The position numbers were made by a program, and so were the translations under genes. The notes below the pieces were generated by a model that was given only the letters and a program-made list of their open reading frames with translations, was not told the origin of the DNA and ran no database searches. Of a DNA stretch of 64,000 bases, positions 40,771 through 52,195 are shown piece by piece. The DNA is from Pseudomonadales bacterium (GTDB taxonomy: Bacteria > Pseudomonadota > Gammaproteobacteria > Pseudomonadales > JBECKS01). Where the stretch lies: assembly GCA_040235395.1 (NCBI GenBank), contig JBECKS010000130.1:3011-67010 (forward strand). Reading direction: 5' to 3'. The first letter of the stretch is position 1, and each line of letters begins with the position of its first letter.

Positions 40771-42908
40771 TTCTTCTCTTCCTGCTGTTCAATTTGTGAT
40801 TCGTTAATCCCTTCCAAATCTGTTTTTTCAGCAGGAGCAGACTGCTCATCTAACTTTTCTTGTTCAATCTGTTTATTATCAGTCTCTATGTCAGAGTCAG
40901 AAACATCTGCATTTTTTCCCCAAACATCTTTAATATCTTCAGGTAGCAACCTGTCTTTAGAAATAGAAATCGCACCGCTACGTTTATCAATCTCGAGCTG
41001 AAGCTCACGAACTCGTTGATACTTTCCTCTACTGATTTCGCCAGCTCTTTTAGCTTCTCTTAAAATTGTCGGTTTAAGAAATACCATCAGGTTTTTCTTT
41101 TCTCTTTCAACCTGACTACTTCTAAATAATGCGCCTATAAAAGGAATATCCCCCAACAGGGGAACCTTTGTTATTTTCTTATTGTCGTCTTCCTGAACAA
41201 GACCACCTAAAACGATATATTCCTTATCCTCTGCAAGAATGGTCGTTTTTATCGAGCGTTTTGTTGTGATTGTATTCGCACCCGCTTCAACATCTCTAGC
41301 TGAAGTACTCAAGTCAGAAGACTGTTGGTCAATCTCAAGTCTGATTGAATTCCCTTCATGAATATGAGGAACGACCTTAAGTGTTAATCCAACATCCTTG
41401 CGTTCAGTTGTAGTAAATGGAGTTAGACTACTACCAGTTGCCGTTGTAGTACCTGTGGTGATCGGCACCTCTTGACCCACAATGATTTCAGCCTCTTCAT
41501 TATCAAGTGTAACTATGCTTGGTGTTGATAAGATATTTGCATTGGAAGTTGTTGACACTGCTTGTAAAAAAGCACCGAATGAAAAGTCACCCTTAGAATT
41601 AAACTTGCCTCCAGCTAAAGTAAGTCCGTCTGCTAAAGCCGGAGGTGCGGCTAAGGTGGAACCACCAGCAGAGAGCACGGATGCGCCAACACTATTTAAA
41701 CTATTGCCAAAATCACTGAAGGAAACACCGCCCACGGGTGCGTTATTACCATTATCACCAAATCCCCACTGAACCCCAAGCGCACGACCAACATCTCCTT
41801 TGACCTCAATAATTGCGGCTTCAATCAAGACTTGTGAACGCCTGACATCCAGTTGTCTAATAATATCCTGAAGTTCTTCCAGACTAGACGGGTCAGCCTT
41901 TACAACTAAAGCATTCAGTGTTTCGTCTGCTTGTATATAGGTTGGCGTTCTCGTTAATTGATTGGCATTTTTCGATGATTTTGACGTTGTAGGCGCCGCT
42001 TGCGCATTCTTGCTCACCAAACTTGTCAATATCTCGGCAACCTTGGCAGCTTCAGCATAACGCAAATAAATAACCTTGGTGCTACCATTTGTAGTCTCAG
42101 CCGGTGTATCCAGTTTCTCAACTAATTCTCTTACACGTGTTCTAGCAGATTTTTCACCTTTTAATATCAGGCGATTCGTTCTCTCATCCGCCACAACACG
42201 AACTCTTGTTGAGGATGCAGCAGCTGCCTTACCGCTCGCTTTCCCCGTTTCGACAGGCGTAAGGTTTTCCAAAAGCGCCACAATATCCGTCACCCATGCC
42301 TGTTTTAATTGAATGACTTCAATTTCCTCGCTCTCTGCACCATCTATCTTTTCAATAATTGAAAGAATTCTCTCGATATTTGCGCCATGGTCAGAAATGA
42401 TAATTGAATTTGCTGAAGGAACAGCTGCAAGACTTCCATATTGGGCAACCATAGGTCTTAGTACTGGAATAAGTTCATTTGCAGGTGTGTTTTTTACAGG
42501 AACGACTCTGGTTACCATTTCTTCACCCTTCACCTCATGTCTTGAGTCGATACGTATAGTGTCTTTTGTTGCCGTGTTATTAGGGACAATCTTGATCAAC
42601 CCTTCCACAGAAGGCACTGCTGCAAAATTATGCACATGCAATACAGAAAGAAATAATTCATAAACCTCATCCTGCGATAATGATGAATGAGAAATCACCG
42701 TTACCTTTCCCTTTACCCTAGGGTCAATAACAAAACTCTTTTCAGTTATATCGGCAACCTGAGTAATAAACGCTCTGATTTCAGCGTCTTTCAGATTTAT
42801 TTTCCATGTCTGCTCATCTTCCGCATGCAGTGCAGTGATATTTAGCAGAAGCAAAAGTAATGTAAGCTGCAGTAATATTTTTTTCACATCTATAACCAGA
42901 TTTTTCAT
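40767..42908 (-). CDS. gspD: type II secretion system secretin GspD
   Basis: 713 aa. Signal peptide, then an N0 domain (WKINLKDAEIRAFITQVADITEKSFVIDPRVKGKVTVIS). Secretin core with VPLLGDIPFIGALFRS. About 50 aa of acidic C-terminal tail. Confidence 0.9.
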   Translation of the reverse strand: MKNLVIDVKKILLQLTLLLLLLNITALHAEDEQTWKINLKDAEIRAFITQVADITEKSFVIDPRVKGKVTVISHSSLSQDEVYELFLSVLHVHNFAAVPSVEGLIKIVPNNTATKDTIRIDSRHEVKGEEMVTRVVPVKNTPANELIPVLRPMVAQYGSLAAVPSANSIIISDHGANIERILSIIEKIDGAESEEIEVIQLKQAWVTDIVALLENLTPVETGKASGKAAAASSTRVRVVADERTNRLILKGEKSARTRVRELVEKLDTPAETTNGSTKVIYLRYAEAAKVAEILTSLVSKNAQAAPTTSKSSKNANQLTRTPTYIQADETLNALVVKADPSSLEELQDIIRQLDVRRSQVLIEAAIIEVKGDVGRALGVQWGFGDNGNNAPVGGVSFSDFGNSLNSVGASVLSAGGSTLAAPPALADGLTLAGGKFNSKGDFSFGAFLQAVSTTSNANILSTPSIVTLDNEEAEIIVGQEVPITTGTTTATGSSLTPFTTTERKDVGLTLKVVPHIHEGNSIRLEIDQQSSDLSTSARDVEAGANTITTKRSIKTTILAEDKEYIVLGGLVQEDDNKKITKVPLLGDIPFIGALFRSSQVEREKKNLMVFLKPTILREAKRAGEISRGKYQRVRELQLEIDKRSGAISISKDRLLPEDIKDVWGKNADVSDSDIETDNKQIEQEKLDEQSAPAEKTDLEGINESQIEQQEEKN

Positions 42909-42911
42909 TGC

Positions 42912-43871
42912 TTATCTACAAAAAGGATAGGTTACCACAAAGGTATTCTCTCCTCTTTGCACCTCTATTCTTGCCAGACAACTTTTAATGACCGAATCAA
43001 TAGCAGCACGATCAGTTTTTAATGTCGATGCAGGATAATTGTTCACCGTTTTTATGACATCGCCTGGCTCAAGACCGACTCGATTCATCCACGTTTGTTG
43101 ACTATTTCCCACTTCAACTCCATCACCTTTATCTTTTAATCCGGCTGTCTGCGCTGCACGCTGAATATTTTGTTCGAGCTGGGAACCATATCCATCAAGT
43201 ACTCTGTCAAATGATTCAAAATCGCCCTTATAAACATCATTTAAGGCAGAGCCTAATTCCCGAATCATATTATCTTTATTATTCCGATTTGTGCGATAAC
43301 TTCTCAGCACATCAGCCTGATCACTTGTGTTCACAGGCTCTGCCATTGGTGTTATCAAACCAGCCCCACTTGATGGTCTAAAGTCTTCACTGAAACGCAA
43401 AGTTTCCATGTTGCCATTCTGCTTTATAACCACCCTATCCTCAAAAACAGCAGCAAGTATTGCTTTGCCCGCAATTGAATCACCTATCCAATAAATTTCT
43501 CCCTCTCCATTTTTGGACTCAGAGATAATTGCACTTGAGCTCGACTCTTTCCTGCCAACCGAGACACCTTGCAGTTCAAGTGACAACTTAGTTTCAGGGG
43601 CATCCACATTAACCTCTTCAACTATTTCGGGAATACTACCCACTTCACCAAAGATATTCTGAGCCAGCAGACTCTGTATGCTAGGTAAACTTGACTGGGA
43701 TTGTTTTTGATTTGCGGCAGGCGCTTGAATTGATTGAGTGACAGGAACGCCAGACATTAAATTCAAAGTAACATTCCCGCTTTGATAAGCAATCAATATC
43801 ACCAGAATCAAAACAGCAAGGTTCAGACTTTTTTCTAATGTAAGCTTTTCAAGAAGAGCACTCATCTTCAC
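42912..43871 (-). CDS. gspC: type II secretion system protein GspC
   Basis: 319 aa. N-terminal TM (LNLAVLILVILIAY) and a C-terminal PDZ-like GLEPGDVIKTVNNYPAS. Immediately upstream of gspD. Confidence 0.7.
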   Translation of the reverse strand: MKMSALLEKLTLEKSLNLAVLILVILIAYQSGNVTLNLMSGVPVTQSIQAPAANQKQSQSSLPSIQSLLAQNIFGEVGSIPEIVEEVNVDAPETKLSLELQGVSVGRKESSSSAIISESKNGEGEIYWIGDSIAGKAILAAVFEDRVVIKQNGNMETLRFSEDFRPSSGAGLITPMAEPVNTSDQADVLRSYRTNRNNKDNMIRELGSALNDVYKGDFESFDRVLDGYGSQLEQNIQRAAQTAGLKDKGDGVEVGNSQQTWMNRVGLEPGDVIKTVNNYPASTLKTDRAAIDSVIKSCLARIEVQRGENTFVVTYPFCR

Positions 43872-44629
43872 ATACCACCTGGTAAGAAAAATACCTGCCT
43901 CTTGATTTCAAACACAATCCCATCTGGATCCCCTCTCAACAACTGAGTAGGAACAGTTACGAACTCAGATACCCTTTCCCTAATTTTTAGATGCGCCTGA
44001 CCATTATTATTCAGATCAATATCTAAAATACCCTGCCCCTTATTCTTTTCGATAACGGAAAGCGTAACGCCCTGATCATATTCATGAAGCTTACCTTCCA
44101 TCTGAGGAAACATAGCCTGACCACCTGAAAGCGCATTTGATCTTACCAAACCGCCCTCCCACGTAATCAGCCCCTGCACTTCTGTAAACTGGCCACCTGA
44201 ACGCACCAAGGTAATATTCTGCAAATAAACATCCGTTGCTATTTCTGCACTGACCCCTTGCGCCTTTAACACTGGATTCAAGTCCTTAGCCTTCGCCAAG
44301 CCACTCAAAGATTCGATTGCTAAAGATCCCGGCCCTATATCAAATCTTGCTTTAGCATCGAGAACAGACGATTTCAAACGAATATCTGCATCCAGGCTTA
44401 CTAATAACAAACTCAATGGATGCAGATCCCAGTCAACAGTTAAGGGGTATCCATTGCTAAAAGCCAACATACGACCTTGCCAGACCGTACCTGTTAGCGA
44501 TTGAACCTGAAATCCACCGCTCTCAAACCGCTTAACAGCTGTCATTGCCAAGGAAGCAGGCAAGGCACTAAGCACCGTGAAGGAATACACCACGAATGCA
44601 ATCAGAAGATAACTCTTGAGTCTAAGCAT
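43868..44629 (-). CDS. gspN: type II secretion system protein GspN
   Basis: 253 aa. N-terminal TM and the family-typical SLTGTVWQGRM (GTxWxG). ATGA overlap with gspC. Confidence 0.65.
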   Translation of the reverse strand: MLRLKSYLLIAFVVYSFTVLSALPASLAMTAVKRFESGGFQVQSLTGTVWQGRMLAFSNGYPLTVDWDLHPLSLLLVSLDADIRLKSSVLDAKARFDIGPGSLAIESLSGLAKAKDLNPVLKAQGVSAEIATDVYLQNITLVRSGGQFTEVQGLITWEGGLVRSNALSGGQAMFPQMEGKLHEYDQGVTLSVIEKNKGQGILDIDLNNNGQAHLKIRERVSEFVTVPTQLLRGDPDGIVFEIKRQVFFLPGGM

Positions 44630-44701
44630 GTGTGAAATTGCTTCTCATGTTGTTCCTGTATGCCTGAATCATAGGAAAACAATGTGCAAAATTTATGAAT
44701 T

Positions 44702-44726
44702 GGGGTGAGATGGCGATAAACACCCC
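44702..44726 (-). terminator. possible terminator hairpin downstream of ssb
   Basis: GGGGTG-N13-CACCCC, followed on the minus strand by an AT-rich tract. Confidence 0.35.
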
Positions 44727-44754
44727 ATATTCAGCGGTCTACGGCAGGAAATTC

Positions 44755-45195
44755 TTAGAATGGAATATCATCACTCTCATCAAAGTTATTAGGAACTTCA
44801 TTTACTGGTGGCTCTTGATGAGATCTGTTGGATGAAGATGTGCTTTCAGAGTAGTCACCACCTTTCGAATCTAGCATCTGCATTTCATTGGCAATAATGT
44901 CAGTGGTATATCGATCATTACCATCCTTATCCTGCCATTTGTTTGTCTTTAATGAGCCTTCAACGTAGACCTTTGAGCCCTTTTTTAAATACTGGGCAGC
45001 AATTTCACCAAGGCGGTTAAAGAACACGACCCGATGCCACTCTGTTTGCTCCTGTTGAACACCATTTTTATCTTTCCATGATCGGCTTGTAGCAAGTGAA
45101 ACATTAGTAACTGCTCCGCCGCTCGGCAAATAGCGAGTTTCAGGGTCGTTTCCCAGATTGCCTATCAATATAACTTTATTCACACCTCTAGCCAT
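44755..45195 (-). CDS. ssb: single-stranded DNA-binding protein
   Basis: 146 aa. OB-fold N-terminus [19 protein letters not shown] and acidic tip DDIPF. Confidence 0.96.
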   Translation of the reverse strand: MARGVNKVILIGNLGNDPETRYLPSGGAVTNVSLATSRSWKDKNGVQQEQTEWHRVVFFNRLGEIAAQYLKKGSKVYVEGSLKTNKWQDKDGNDRYTTDIIANEMQMLDSKGGDYSESTSSSNRSHQEPPVNEVPNNFDESDDIPF

Positions 45196-45316
45196 GTCCT
45201 ACTCCAACTTTCATTTTCTATAATTTCGATTTACGAATGGTTAATCCCCAGCAAGGTTTAGCATAAGCTAGTCTTGTTCAATAATCTATCAAGGTGCTTG
45301 AAACCATTTGACTGTT

Positions 45317-46495
45317 TCAAGTATCTCCTGAAGAACGTGACTGCATTAGCACAAATAGAAAGAGCATGGCTAATACGCTGACCGCACCCAGAACAAAGCT
45401 AAGATTCATGGTGAAAAACTGACTGCATATGCCAGACAGCCATGCACCAAAAAATGCACCCATAAACTGGAAAGTAGAGAATACCCCCATAGAACCAGCT
45501 CTACCTTCAGCGTCAACTTCTATACTAAGCATGGCTGGCAATAAAGCTTCCATCAAATTGAAACTGCAGAAAAAGATACAAAGTAAGGCGATAAAAAAGT
45601 AGTAATTGCCAGACATGAATGCCAACAACAATAAACTAATGGACATCATTGCCGCACTGACTTTGTAAATGCTTGCCAATCTGGAGATATCAGTACTTGG
45701 TCTGGCAAAGGGTCCCATTAAAATCAACGCAATAAAGAAAACCAAAAGATAAACACGACCATGCAGGCTTCTATCAATAGCATATTGCTCCTCAAGAATC
45801 ATAGGAATCACCACAAATGATGATGTCATCGACAGATGAAGCACAAAAACACCTAAAGCATAGGGATAAACCTTTGTATTTCGGAATATGTTTGAAACAT
45901 GACTCCGAAATCCATCATTTATTTTGCTCGATTGCCTAGCGACGTTATCAGAAACGCCAAACAGGCATACAAGAATTGCAACAAAAGCTAAACAGCTAGA
46001 AACAGCAAATACAGCCTGTAAACCACCATTTGCAGCTACGATGGGGCCAACAATCAACGCAAGAACAAAGGAAGCTCCAATGGCAATCCCAACTATCGCC
46101 ATTACCCATGTTCTGCTGCTCTCACCGCTATGGTCGGCAAGCAATGCCATGCTCGTTCCAGCTATAGCCCCAGAACCTTGAAGGAAACGACTTAAAATCA
46201 ACATCCAGATATTATCCGAAACCATCGCTAACAGAGAGCCTGCCAAAAATAGCGATAAGCCGAATAACATCACGCGTTTCCGACCAAAAACATCAGAACA
46301 TAAGGCGAAAGGAATTTGCAAAAATGCCTGACTCAATCCATAAATACCTAGTGCAAGACCAATCAAAGACAAACTTGCACCCTCTATGGTGTTGCCATAC
46401 AGACTCAGGATTGGCAGGACCATAAACAGACCCATCATCCTGCAAAAGAAAATAAAAGCCACCGAAGCAGCAACCCTAAGCTCTGTATTCTTCAT
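45317..46495 (-). CDS. MFS transporter
   Basis: 392 aa with about 12 TM. MFS loop motif DVFGRKRVM. It sits between ssb and uvrA as in Pseudomonas. Confidence 0.85.
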   Translation of the reverse strand: MKNTELRVAASVAFIFFCRMMGLFMVLPILSLYGNTIEGASLSLIGLALGIYGLSQAFLQIPFALCSDVFGRKRVMLFGLSLFLAGSLLAMVSDNIWMLILSRFLQGSGAIAGTSMALLADHSGESSRTWVMAIVGIAIGASFVLALIVGPIVAANGGLQAVFAVSSCLAFVAILVCLFGVSDNVARQSSKINDGFRSHVSNIFRNTKVYPYALGVFVLHLSMTSSFVVIPMILEEQYAIDRSLHGRVYLLVFFIALILMGPFARPSTDISRLASIYKVSAAMMSISLLLLAFMSGNYYFFIALLCIFFCSFNLMEALLPAMLSIEVDAEGRAGSMGVFSTFQFMGAFFGAWLSGICSQFFTMNLSFVLGAVSVLAMLFLFVLMQSRSSGDT

Positions 46496-46643
46496 GGTGT
46501 TAACCGAAACCTATGATGTGAAAAAGCTGCGAAGTGTAACAAAAGCACTTTAGAGTCCCAACAAAAGAATCCCATCAGTGGCAACGCCAGTAGATAGCTC
46601 ATATACTGTTTCGCCATTTTATTTTCTGTTCCCAAAGGCTTGC

Positions 46644-49469
46644 ATGAAATATATTTCTGTTCGAGGCGCTCGCACCCATAACCTGAAGAATGTGGATCTT
46701 GATTTACCCAGAGACCAGTTCATTGTTATCACTGGACTATCGGGGTCAGGAAAGTCCTCACTCGCTTTCGATACGCTTTACGCAGAAGGTCAGCGTCGTT
46801 ATGTTGAATCGCTTTCAACCTATGCTCGACAGTTTTTATCCCTGATGGAAAAACCAGATGTAGACCATATTGAAGGTCTATCACCAGCAATTTCCATTGA
46901 GCAAAAATCTACATCTCATAACCCACGCTCAACGGTGGGCACCATCACAGAAATTTACGATTATCTAAGACTGCTTTTTGCTCGTGCAGGCCAGCCATAT
47001 TGCCCTGATCACAACATTCTACTTGAGGCGCAGACCGTCAGTCAGATTGTTGACCAGATTCTGGAATTAGAAGATGACCAGAAAGTCGTGCTGCTTGCAC
47101 CAATTATTCAGAATAAAAAGGGCGAACATCTTCATGTGTTTAACGAACTACGAAGTAAAGGATTTGTAAGGGTTCGTGTTAACAACTTTATTTATGAGCT
47201 TGATGACTTACCCAAACTGGACAAAAACAAAAAACACACGATTGATGTTGTTGTTGACCGCTTTAAAACCAGAAACGATATTAGCATTCGTTTAGCAGAA
47301 TCCATCGAAACTGCGATTGAATTAACAGGGGGAATAGTCTCCCTATCTTTCATGGATGACAAAAAGAAAGCTGACTTGAGCTTCTCAACCCGATTTGCGT
47401 GTCCTCAGTGTGGTCACAGTCTAACAGAGCTTGAACCGAGGCTTTTCTCATTTAACAACCCAGCGGGTGCTTGCGAAAGCTGTGATGGTTTGGGCGTCAC
47501 TCAGTTTTTTGATAAAAACAAAATCATCGTTTCTGATGAACTAAGCCTGGCAGAGGGAGCAGTCAGAGGTTGGGATAGAAGAAATGTGTATTACTTCCAT
47601 ATGCTTAACTCTTTAGCGAAACACTACAAATTCAGCATCGACACCCCCTTTAATAAACTTTCGAAGAAACATCAGGATGTTATTCTTTTCGGGAGCAAAC
47701 AGGAAAAAATCTCTTTTAGCTACACTAATGATAAAGGCGACATCTATGAGCGCACCCATAGTTTTGAAGGTGTGTTACCAAATCTTGAAAGGCGCTTTAA
47801 AGAAACAGAATCAGTGGCAGTAAGAGAAGAGCTTGCAAAATATCTCAACATTGCGACCTGTCCTTCGTGTGAGGGTAGCCGTTTAAAAAGTGAAGCAAGA
47901 AGCGTTTTTATCGACAATAAAAACCTCCCAAACATTACAAAAATGGCAATCGGAGATTGCTGCACTTACATGAAAGAACTTCATCTAGAAGGACAAAGAG
48001 GGCAAATAGCAGAAAAAATTCTTAAAGAAATCAGGGACAGGCTCGACTTTCTTGTTAATGTTGGGCTGGATTATCTCAGCCTGGATAGAACAGCTGATAC
48101 GCTTTCTGGTGGCGAAGCTCAACGTATAAGGCTGGCTAGTCAGATAGGCGCAGGTCTTGTTGGAGTTATGTATATACTCGATGAACCCTCCATTGGACTC
48201 CACCAACGTGATAATAAACGATTACTCGATACCCTGTTAAAACTAAAAAATCTTGGTAACACCGTGATTGTTGTCGAACACGACGAAGAAGCAATTGAAG
48301 CTGCTGATTTTATTGTCGATATCGGACCTGGAGCCGGCGTGCATGGCGGGCAAGTAGTAGCTCAAGGCTCTCTTCAACAAATAAAGAAAAACAAACAGTC
48401 TCTAACAGCTCAATATTTATCTGGAAAGAAAAAAATTGAAGTCCCGAAAAAAAGACACACATACGATGAGAAAAAGGTTTTATCAATTCAAGACGCAAAC
48501 GGAAATAATCTCAAGAATATCAATGCAGAAATTCCCTTGGGTCTTTTAACTTGTGTAACCGGTGTTTCAGGTTCCGGAAAATCCACACTCATTAACGGAA
48601 CTCTCTTTCCCGTTGCGTCAAAAACGCTTAACAAAGCACAAAGTAATAGTGCTCAGTCACATAAGACTATTTCAGGTTTTGAAAATCTGGACAAGGTTGT
48701 CGATATAGACCAGAGCCCTATTGGTCGCACCCCGAGGTCAAATCCAGCTACTTATACTGGTTTATTCACGGGCATTCGTGACCTTTACGCATCAACACAA
48801 GAGGCAAGATCAAGAGGATATAAGGCTGGCAGATTCAGCTTCAATGTAAAAGGTGGTCGTTGTGAAGCTTGTGAGGGCGATGGTGTAACCAAGGTAGAAA
48901 TGCATTTTTTAGCTGATATCTACGTTACTTGCGAAGTCTGTCATGGAAAACGCTATAACAGGGAAACGCTTGAAATTCGATATAAAGGAAAGAATATTCA
49001 CGAAACACTAGATATGACCGTCGAAGAAGCGCGTGAATTCTTTGATGCCATTCCAGCTTTGGCCAAGAAGCTTCAGACCCTGCTTGATGTTGGCCTGTCC
49101 TATATCAAGTTAGGGCAAAGCGCTATCACCTTGTCAGGTGGTGAAGCACAACGCGTTAAACTTTCCAGAGAGCTTAGCAAACGCGACACAGGTCAAACTC
49201 TCTATATTCTGGATGAACCAACCACCGGATTACATTTCAGTGATATCGATCAACTATTAAAAGTGCTTCATCATTTGAGAGATGAAGGTAATACAGTAGT
49301 CGTTATTGAGCATAATCTCGATGTCATAAAAACTGCTGACTGGATTATTGACCTTGGACCTGAAGGCGGTAGCGGTGGTGGTGAAATCATTGCAACAGGA
49401 ACGCCGGAAGACATTGCTAAAAACAAGCGTTCTCACACAGGTAAATTCCTCAAGAAATTACTTGTTTAA
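46644..49469 (+). CDS. uvrA: excinuclease ABC subunit A
   Basis: The conserved N-terminus [16 protein letters not shown] starts at ATG 46644. Walker [10 protein letters not shown] and GVSGSGKST, Zn modules CPQCG and CEACEGDG, and two LSGGE signatures. Confidence 0.97.
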   Translation: MKYISVRGARTHNLKNVDLDLPRDQFIVITGLSGSGKSSLAFDTLYAEGQRRYVESLSTYARQFLSLMEKPDVDHIEGLSPAISIEQKSTSHNPRSTVGTITEIYDYLRLLFARAGQPYCPDHNILLEAQTVSQIVDQILELEDDQKVVLLAPIIQNKKGEHLHVFNELRSKGFVRVRVNNFIYELDDLPKLDKNKKHTIDVVVDRFKTRNDISIRLAESIETAIELTGGIVSLSFMDDKKKADLSFSTRFACPQCGHSLTELEPRLFSFNNPAGACESCDGLGVTQFFDKNKIIVSDELSLAEGAVRGWDRRNVYYFHMLNSLAKHYKFSIDTPFNKLSKKHQDVILFGSKQEKISFSYTNDKGDIYERTHSFEGVLPNLERRFKETESVAVREELAKYLNIATCPSCEGSRLKSEARSVFIDNKNLPNITKMAIGDCCTYMKELHLEGQRGQIAEKILKEIRDRLDFLVNVGLDYLSLDRTADTLSGGEAQRIRLASQIGAGLVGVMYILDEPSIGLHQRDNKRLLDTLLKLKNLGNTVIVVEHDEEAIEAADFIVDIGPGAGVHGGQVVAQGSLQQIKKNKQSLTAQYLSGKKKIEVPKKRHTYDEKKVLSIQDANGNNLKNINAEIPLGLLTCVTGVSGSGKSTLINGTLFPVASKTLNKAQSNSAQSHKTISGFENLDKVVDIDQSPIGRTPRSNPATYTGLFTGIRDLYASTQEARSRGYKAGRFSFNVKGGRCEACEGDGVTKVEMHFLADIYVTCEVCHGKRYNRETLEIRYKGKNIHETLDMTVEEAREFFDAIPALAKKLQTLLDVGLSYIKLGQSAITLSGGEAQRVKLSRELSKRDTGQTLYILDEPTTGLHFSDIDQLLKVLHHLRDEGNTVVVIEHNLDVIKTADWIIDLGPEGGSGGGEIIATGTPEDIAKNKRSHTGKFLKKLLV

Positions 49470-49473
49470 AATC

Positions 49474-50673
49474 TCAATTACCATACTGCCTATTAACAGC
49501 TTGCAAAGCTTTTTCCTTTGTATCTGCGTCAACAAGTTCATCTGCGAGAGATGATACACAAAGCTCAACATTAGACTTATTGGCTCCATAGCCCATCAAT
49601 CCAATTCTCCACAATTTCCCTGCAGCTGCCCCAAGACCTGCTCCAATTTCAAGATTATGCTTGTTTAGGAGGTTTGTTCTTACAGCCGCGTCATCGGCGC
49701 CAACTGGAATGTTAACCGCATTCAACTGTGGAAGCCTGATACTTTCTTCAACTGCAAAGGAAATACCTAAGCTTTCTAATCCTGCACGTAATGCAAGATG
49801 ATGTTTTTGATGCCTGTCCCAAGCATTCTGAAGCCCTTCTTCTTGCAACATGACTAAAGCCTCATGCAAACCATATAAAGCATTAATCGGTGCCGTATGA
49901 TGGTAAGCACGTTTTACACCACTTCCCCAATACCCCATGACAAGATTTAAATCGAGAAACCAACTTTGGACTGGTTTTTTTCTTGACTGAATCTTTTCCA
50001 CTGCTGCGGCACTAAAACTAACAGGCGAAATTCCAGGCGCACAACTCAAACACTTCTGAGTACCTGAATAAATTGCATCAATACCCCAACCATCAACGTC
50101 AAGCTCAATACCGCCTAAAGAGGTCACTGCATCAACAATGGAAAGACAATCATATTTTTTTGCCAATTCACAAATCGCTTTAGCATCAGAACGCGCACCC
50201 GTTGAAGTTTCTGCATGTACAAAAGCAAGCAATTTAATGTCAGGATTCGCTTTCAGAGCTTCTTCTACTTTATTTAAATCAACAGCCTGACCCCATATAT
50301 CTTCTACACAGACCAACTCGCCTCCCATGCGAATGACGTTTTCCTTCATCCTTCCACCGAAAACACCATTAATACAAACCAGAACTTTCTCACCTGGTTC
50401 AAGCAAATTGGCAAAACATGTTTCCATACCAGCAGAACCTGGTGCAGATACTGGAATGGTAAGTTCATTTCTAGTCTGAAATGCAAACTGAAGTAATATC
50501 TTGATTTCATCCATCATTTGCACAAACAAGGGATCAAGATGACCAATAGTAGGTTGGCCCATAGCATCAGAAACACGCTGAGATACATCTGAAGGACCAG
50601 GCCCCATCAGGGTTCTACGTGGAGGATGAAATGATGTAATCTTTGGAAACTCTCCAGACATTTTTATCTCCAT
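49474..50673 (-). CDS. class-V PLP aminotransferase (serine/alanine-glyoxylate type)
   Basis: 399 aa. PLP-lysine context YSGTQKCLSCAPG. The start could be M1 or M5. Confidence 0.8.
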   Translation of the reverse strand: MEIKMSGEFPKITSFHPPRRTLMGPGPSDVSQRVSDAMGQPTIGHLDPLFVQMMDEIKILLQFAFQTRNELTIPVSAPGSAGMETCFANLLEPGEKVLVCINGVFGGRMKENVIRMGGELVCVEDIWGQAVDLNKVEEALKANPDIKLLAFVHAETSTGARSDAKAICELAKKYDCLSIVDAVTSLGGIELDVDGWGIDAIYSGTQKCLSCAPGISPVSFSAAAVEKIQSRKKPVQSWFLDLNLVMGYWGSGVKRAYHHTAPINALYGLHEALVMLQEEGLQNAWDRHQKHHLALRAGLESLGISFAVEESIRLPQLNAVNIPVGADDAAVRTNLLNKHNLEIGAGLGAAAGKLWRIGLMGYGANKSNVELCVSSLADELVDADTKEKALQAVNRQYGN

Positions 50674-50690
50674 TCAAATAATTGTCAGAC

Positions 50691-50722
50691 AAAAAAAAGG
50701 CCGGTCAAATCCGGCCTTTTTT
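50691..50722 (-). terminator. rho-independent terminator ending the alpha operon
   Basis: AAAAAAAAGGCCGG-tcaaat-CCGGCCTTTTTT, 15 nt after the rplQ stop. Confidence 0.8.
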
Positions 50723-50736
50723 CTAAAAATTAAAAC

Positions 50737-51132
50737 TTAATCTTCACTATCATCATCGCCATCATCTTCAACAATTGGGCGATCAACAAGTTCTACGTAG
50801 GCCATTGGCGCATTATCTCCCGCTCTAAAACCTGCTTTTAGAATTCTCAGGTATCCACCAGGACGATCAGAATAACGAGGGCCAATCTCAGAGAACAATT
50901 TCCCAACAGCTGACTTGCTTCGGGTACGAGAAAAAGCAAGGCGTCGATTAGCAACAGAATCTTCCTTCGCTAAAGTAATTAGCGGCTCTGCAACCCTTCT
51001 CAATTCTTTTGCTTTTGGCAAAGTTGTTTTTATCACTTCATGCTCAAACAATGAAACCGACATATTTCTGAACATTGCCTGACGGTGACTGCTATTTCTA
51101 CCTAACTGTCGACCACTTTTACGATGACGCAT
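50737..51132 (-). CDS. rplQ: 50S ribosomal protein L17
   Basis: 131 aa. [17 protein letters not shown]. Confidence 0.97.
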   Translation of the reverse strand: MRHRKSGRQLGRNSSHRQAMFRNMSVSLFEHEVIKTTLPKAKELRRVAEPLITLAKEDSVANRRLAFSRTRSKSAVGKLFSEIGPRYSDRPGGYLRILKAGFRAGDNAPMAYVELVDRPIVEDDGDDDSED

Positions 51133-51199
51133 TGTTATAAACCTTTCTAATCAATTAAATGCAAACTACTTTTATAACCAAACTTTTATTATCAAACCA

Positions 51200-52174
51200 T
51201 TAATTAATACTACTTGGCGGCCAATTCTCCAGACGCATACCTAAAGATAAACCTTTAGATGCAAGCACATCCTTAATTTCTGTTAAGGACTTCTTGCCCA
51301 GGTTTGGAGTTTTCAATAACTCAACTTCAGTTCTTAAAACCAAATCACCAATGTAGTAAATATTTTCTGCTTTTAGACAGTTAGCAGATCTAACGGTCAG
51401 CTCAAGATCATCAACAGGACGCAGAAGCACAGGGTCAATCTCATCCTTAATCTCAACGGGTTCAACAAAAGCTTCTTTTTCAATATCAACAAAAACTGCT
51501 AACTGCTGTTGTAAAATTGTTGCTGCTTTTTTAATGGCTTCTTCTGGATCAATTGAACCATTTGTTTCAATATCGATAACTAGCTTGTCAAGATCTGTTC
51601 TCTGTTCAAGTCGAGCATTTTCAACATTATAAGAAACCTTTCTAACAGGGCTATAGGAAGCATCCAAAGCCAGGGTTCCAATGCTGCGAGTTTCTTCACC
51701 ATTCTCGCGCTGGTCTGCAGGTTGATAACCCACGCCATTTTCAATCTTCAATTTCATGCTCAATGAAGCGTTACTGCTTAAATTAGCAATAACCAACTCA
51801 GGATTTACGATTTCTACATCGCTAACTGCTTTAATATCACCAGCTGTTACCTCACCCGGGCCCTGTTTACTCAACTCAAGAATATGAGTTCCATGATCAG
51901 GTGTCTTAACAAAAAGATTCTTTAAGTTAAGTAGAATCTCGATGACATCTTCCTGAACACCTTCAATGGTGCTGTATTCATGAAGAACACCATCAATTTC
52001 CACTTCTGTAACCGCAGCGCCACCCATGCTTGACAGCAGGATTCTTCTAAGCGCGTTTCCAAGAGTATGCCCAAAACCACGCTCTAATGGCTCAAGCACA
52101 ACTCTTGCATTATTTCTATCTACTTCATGAACCTCTATATTGCGAGGAGTTAAAAGCTCTTGTGATAGCTGCAT
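51200..52174 (-). CDS. rpoA: RNA polymerase alpha subunit
   Basis: 324 aa. [15 protein letters not shown] and a C-terminal domain with [12 protein letters not shown]. Confidence 0.97.
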   Translation of the reverse strand: MQLSQELLTPRNIEVHEVDRNNARVVLEPLERGFGHTLGNALRRILLSSMGGAAVTEVEIDGVLHEYSTIEGVQEDVIEILLNLKNLFVKTPDHGTHILELSKQGPGEVTAGDIKAVSDVEIVNPELVIANLSSNASLSMKLKIENGVGYQPADQRENGEETRSIGTLALDASYSPVRKVSYNVENARLEQRTDLDKLVIDIETNGSIDPEEAIKKAATILQQQLAVFVDIEKEAFVEPVEIKDEIDPVLLRPVDDLELTVRSANCLKAENIYYIGDLVLRTEVELLKTPNLGKKSLTEIKDVLASKGLSLGMRLENWPPSSIN

Positions 52175-52195
52175 GAAAATTACCTCTATAGGTTC

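Noticed and set aside
46578-46643. GTG-initiated 22-residue N-terminal extension of uvrA in the ORF track
   Set aside because: The conserved UvrA N-terminus ([16 protein letters not shown]) begins at ATG 46644, and the extension has no counterpart in known UvrA proteins. Similar trimming was applied to mreD, yaaA, acs, gatA, ptsN, rpsH, the lipoprotein at 2483 and the coiled-coil protein at 37767.
46496-46643. Search for a LexA/SOS box (CTGT-N8-ACAG) upstream of uvrA, and upstream of ssb at 45196-45316
   Set aside because: I saw no match by eye. The nearest candidate (CTGTTTCGCCATTTTA) lacks the ACAG half-site.
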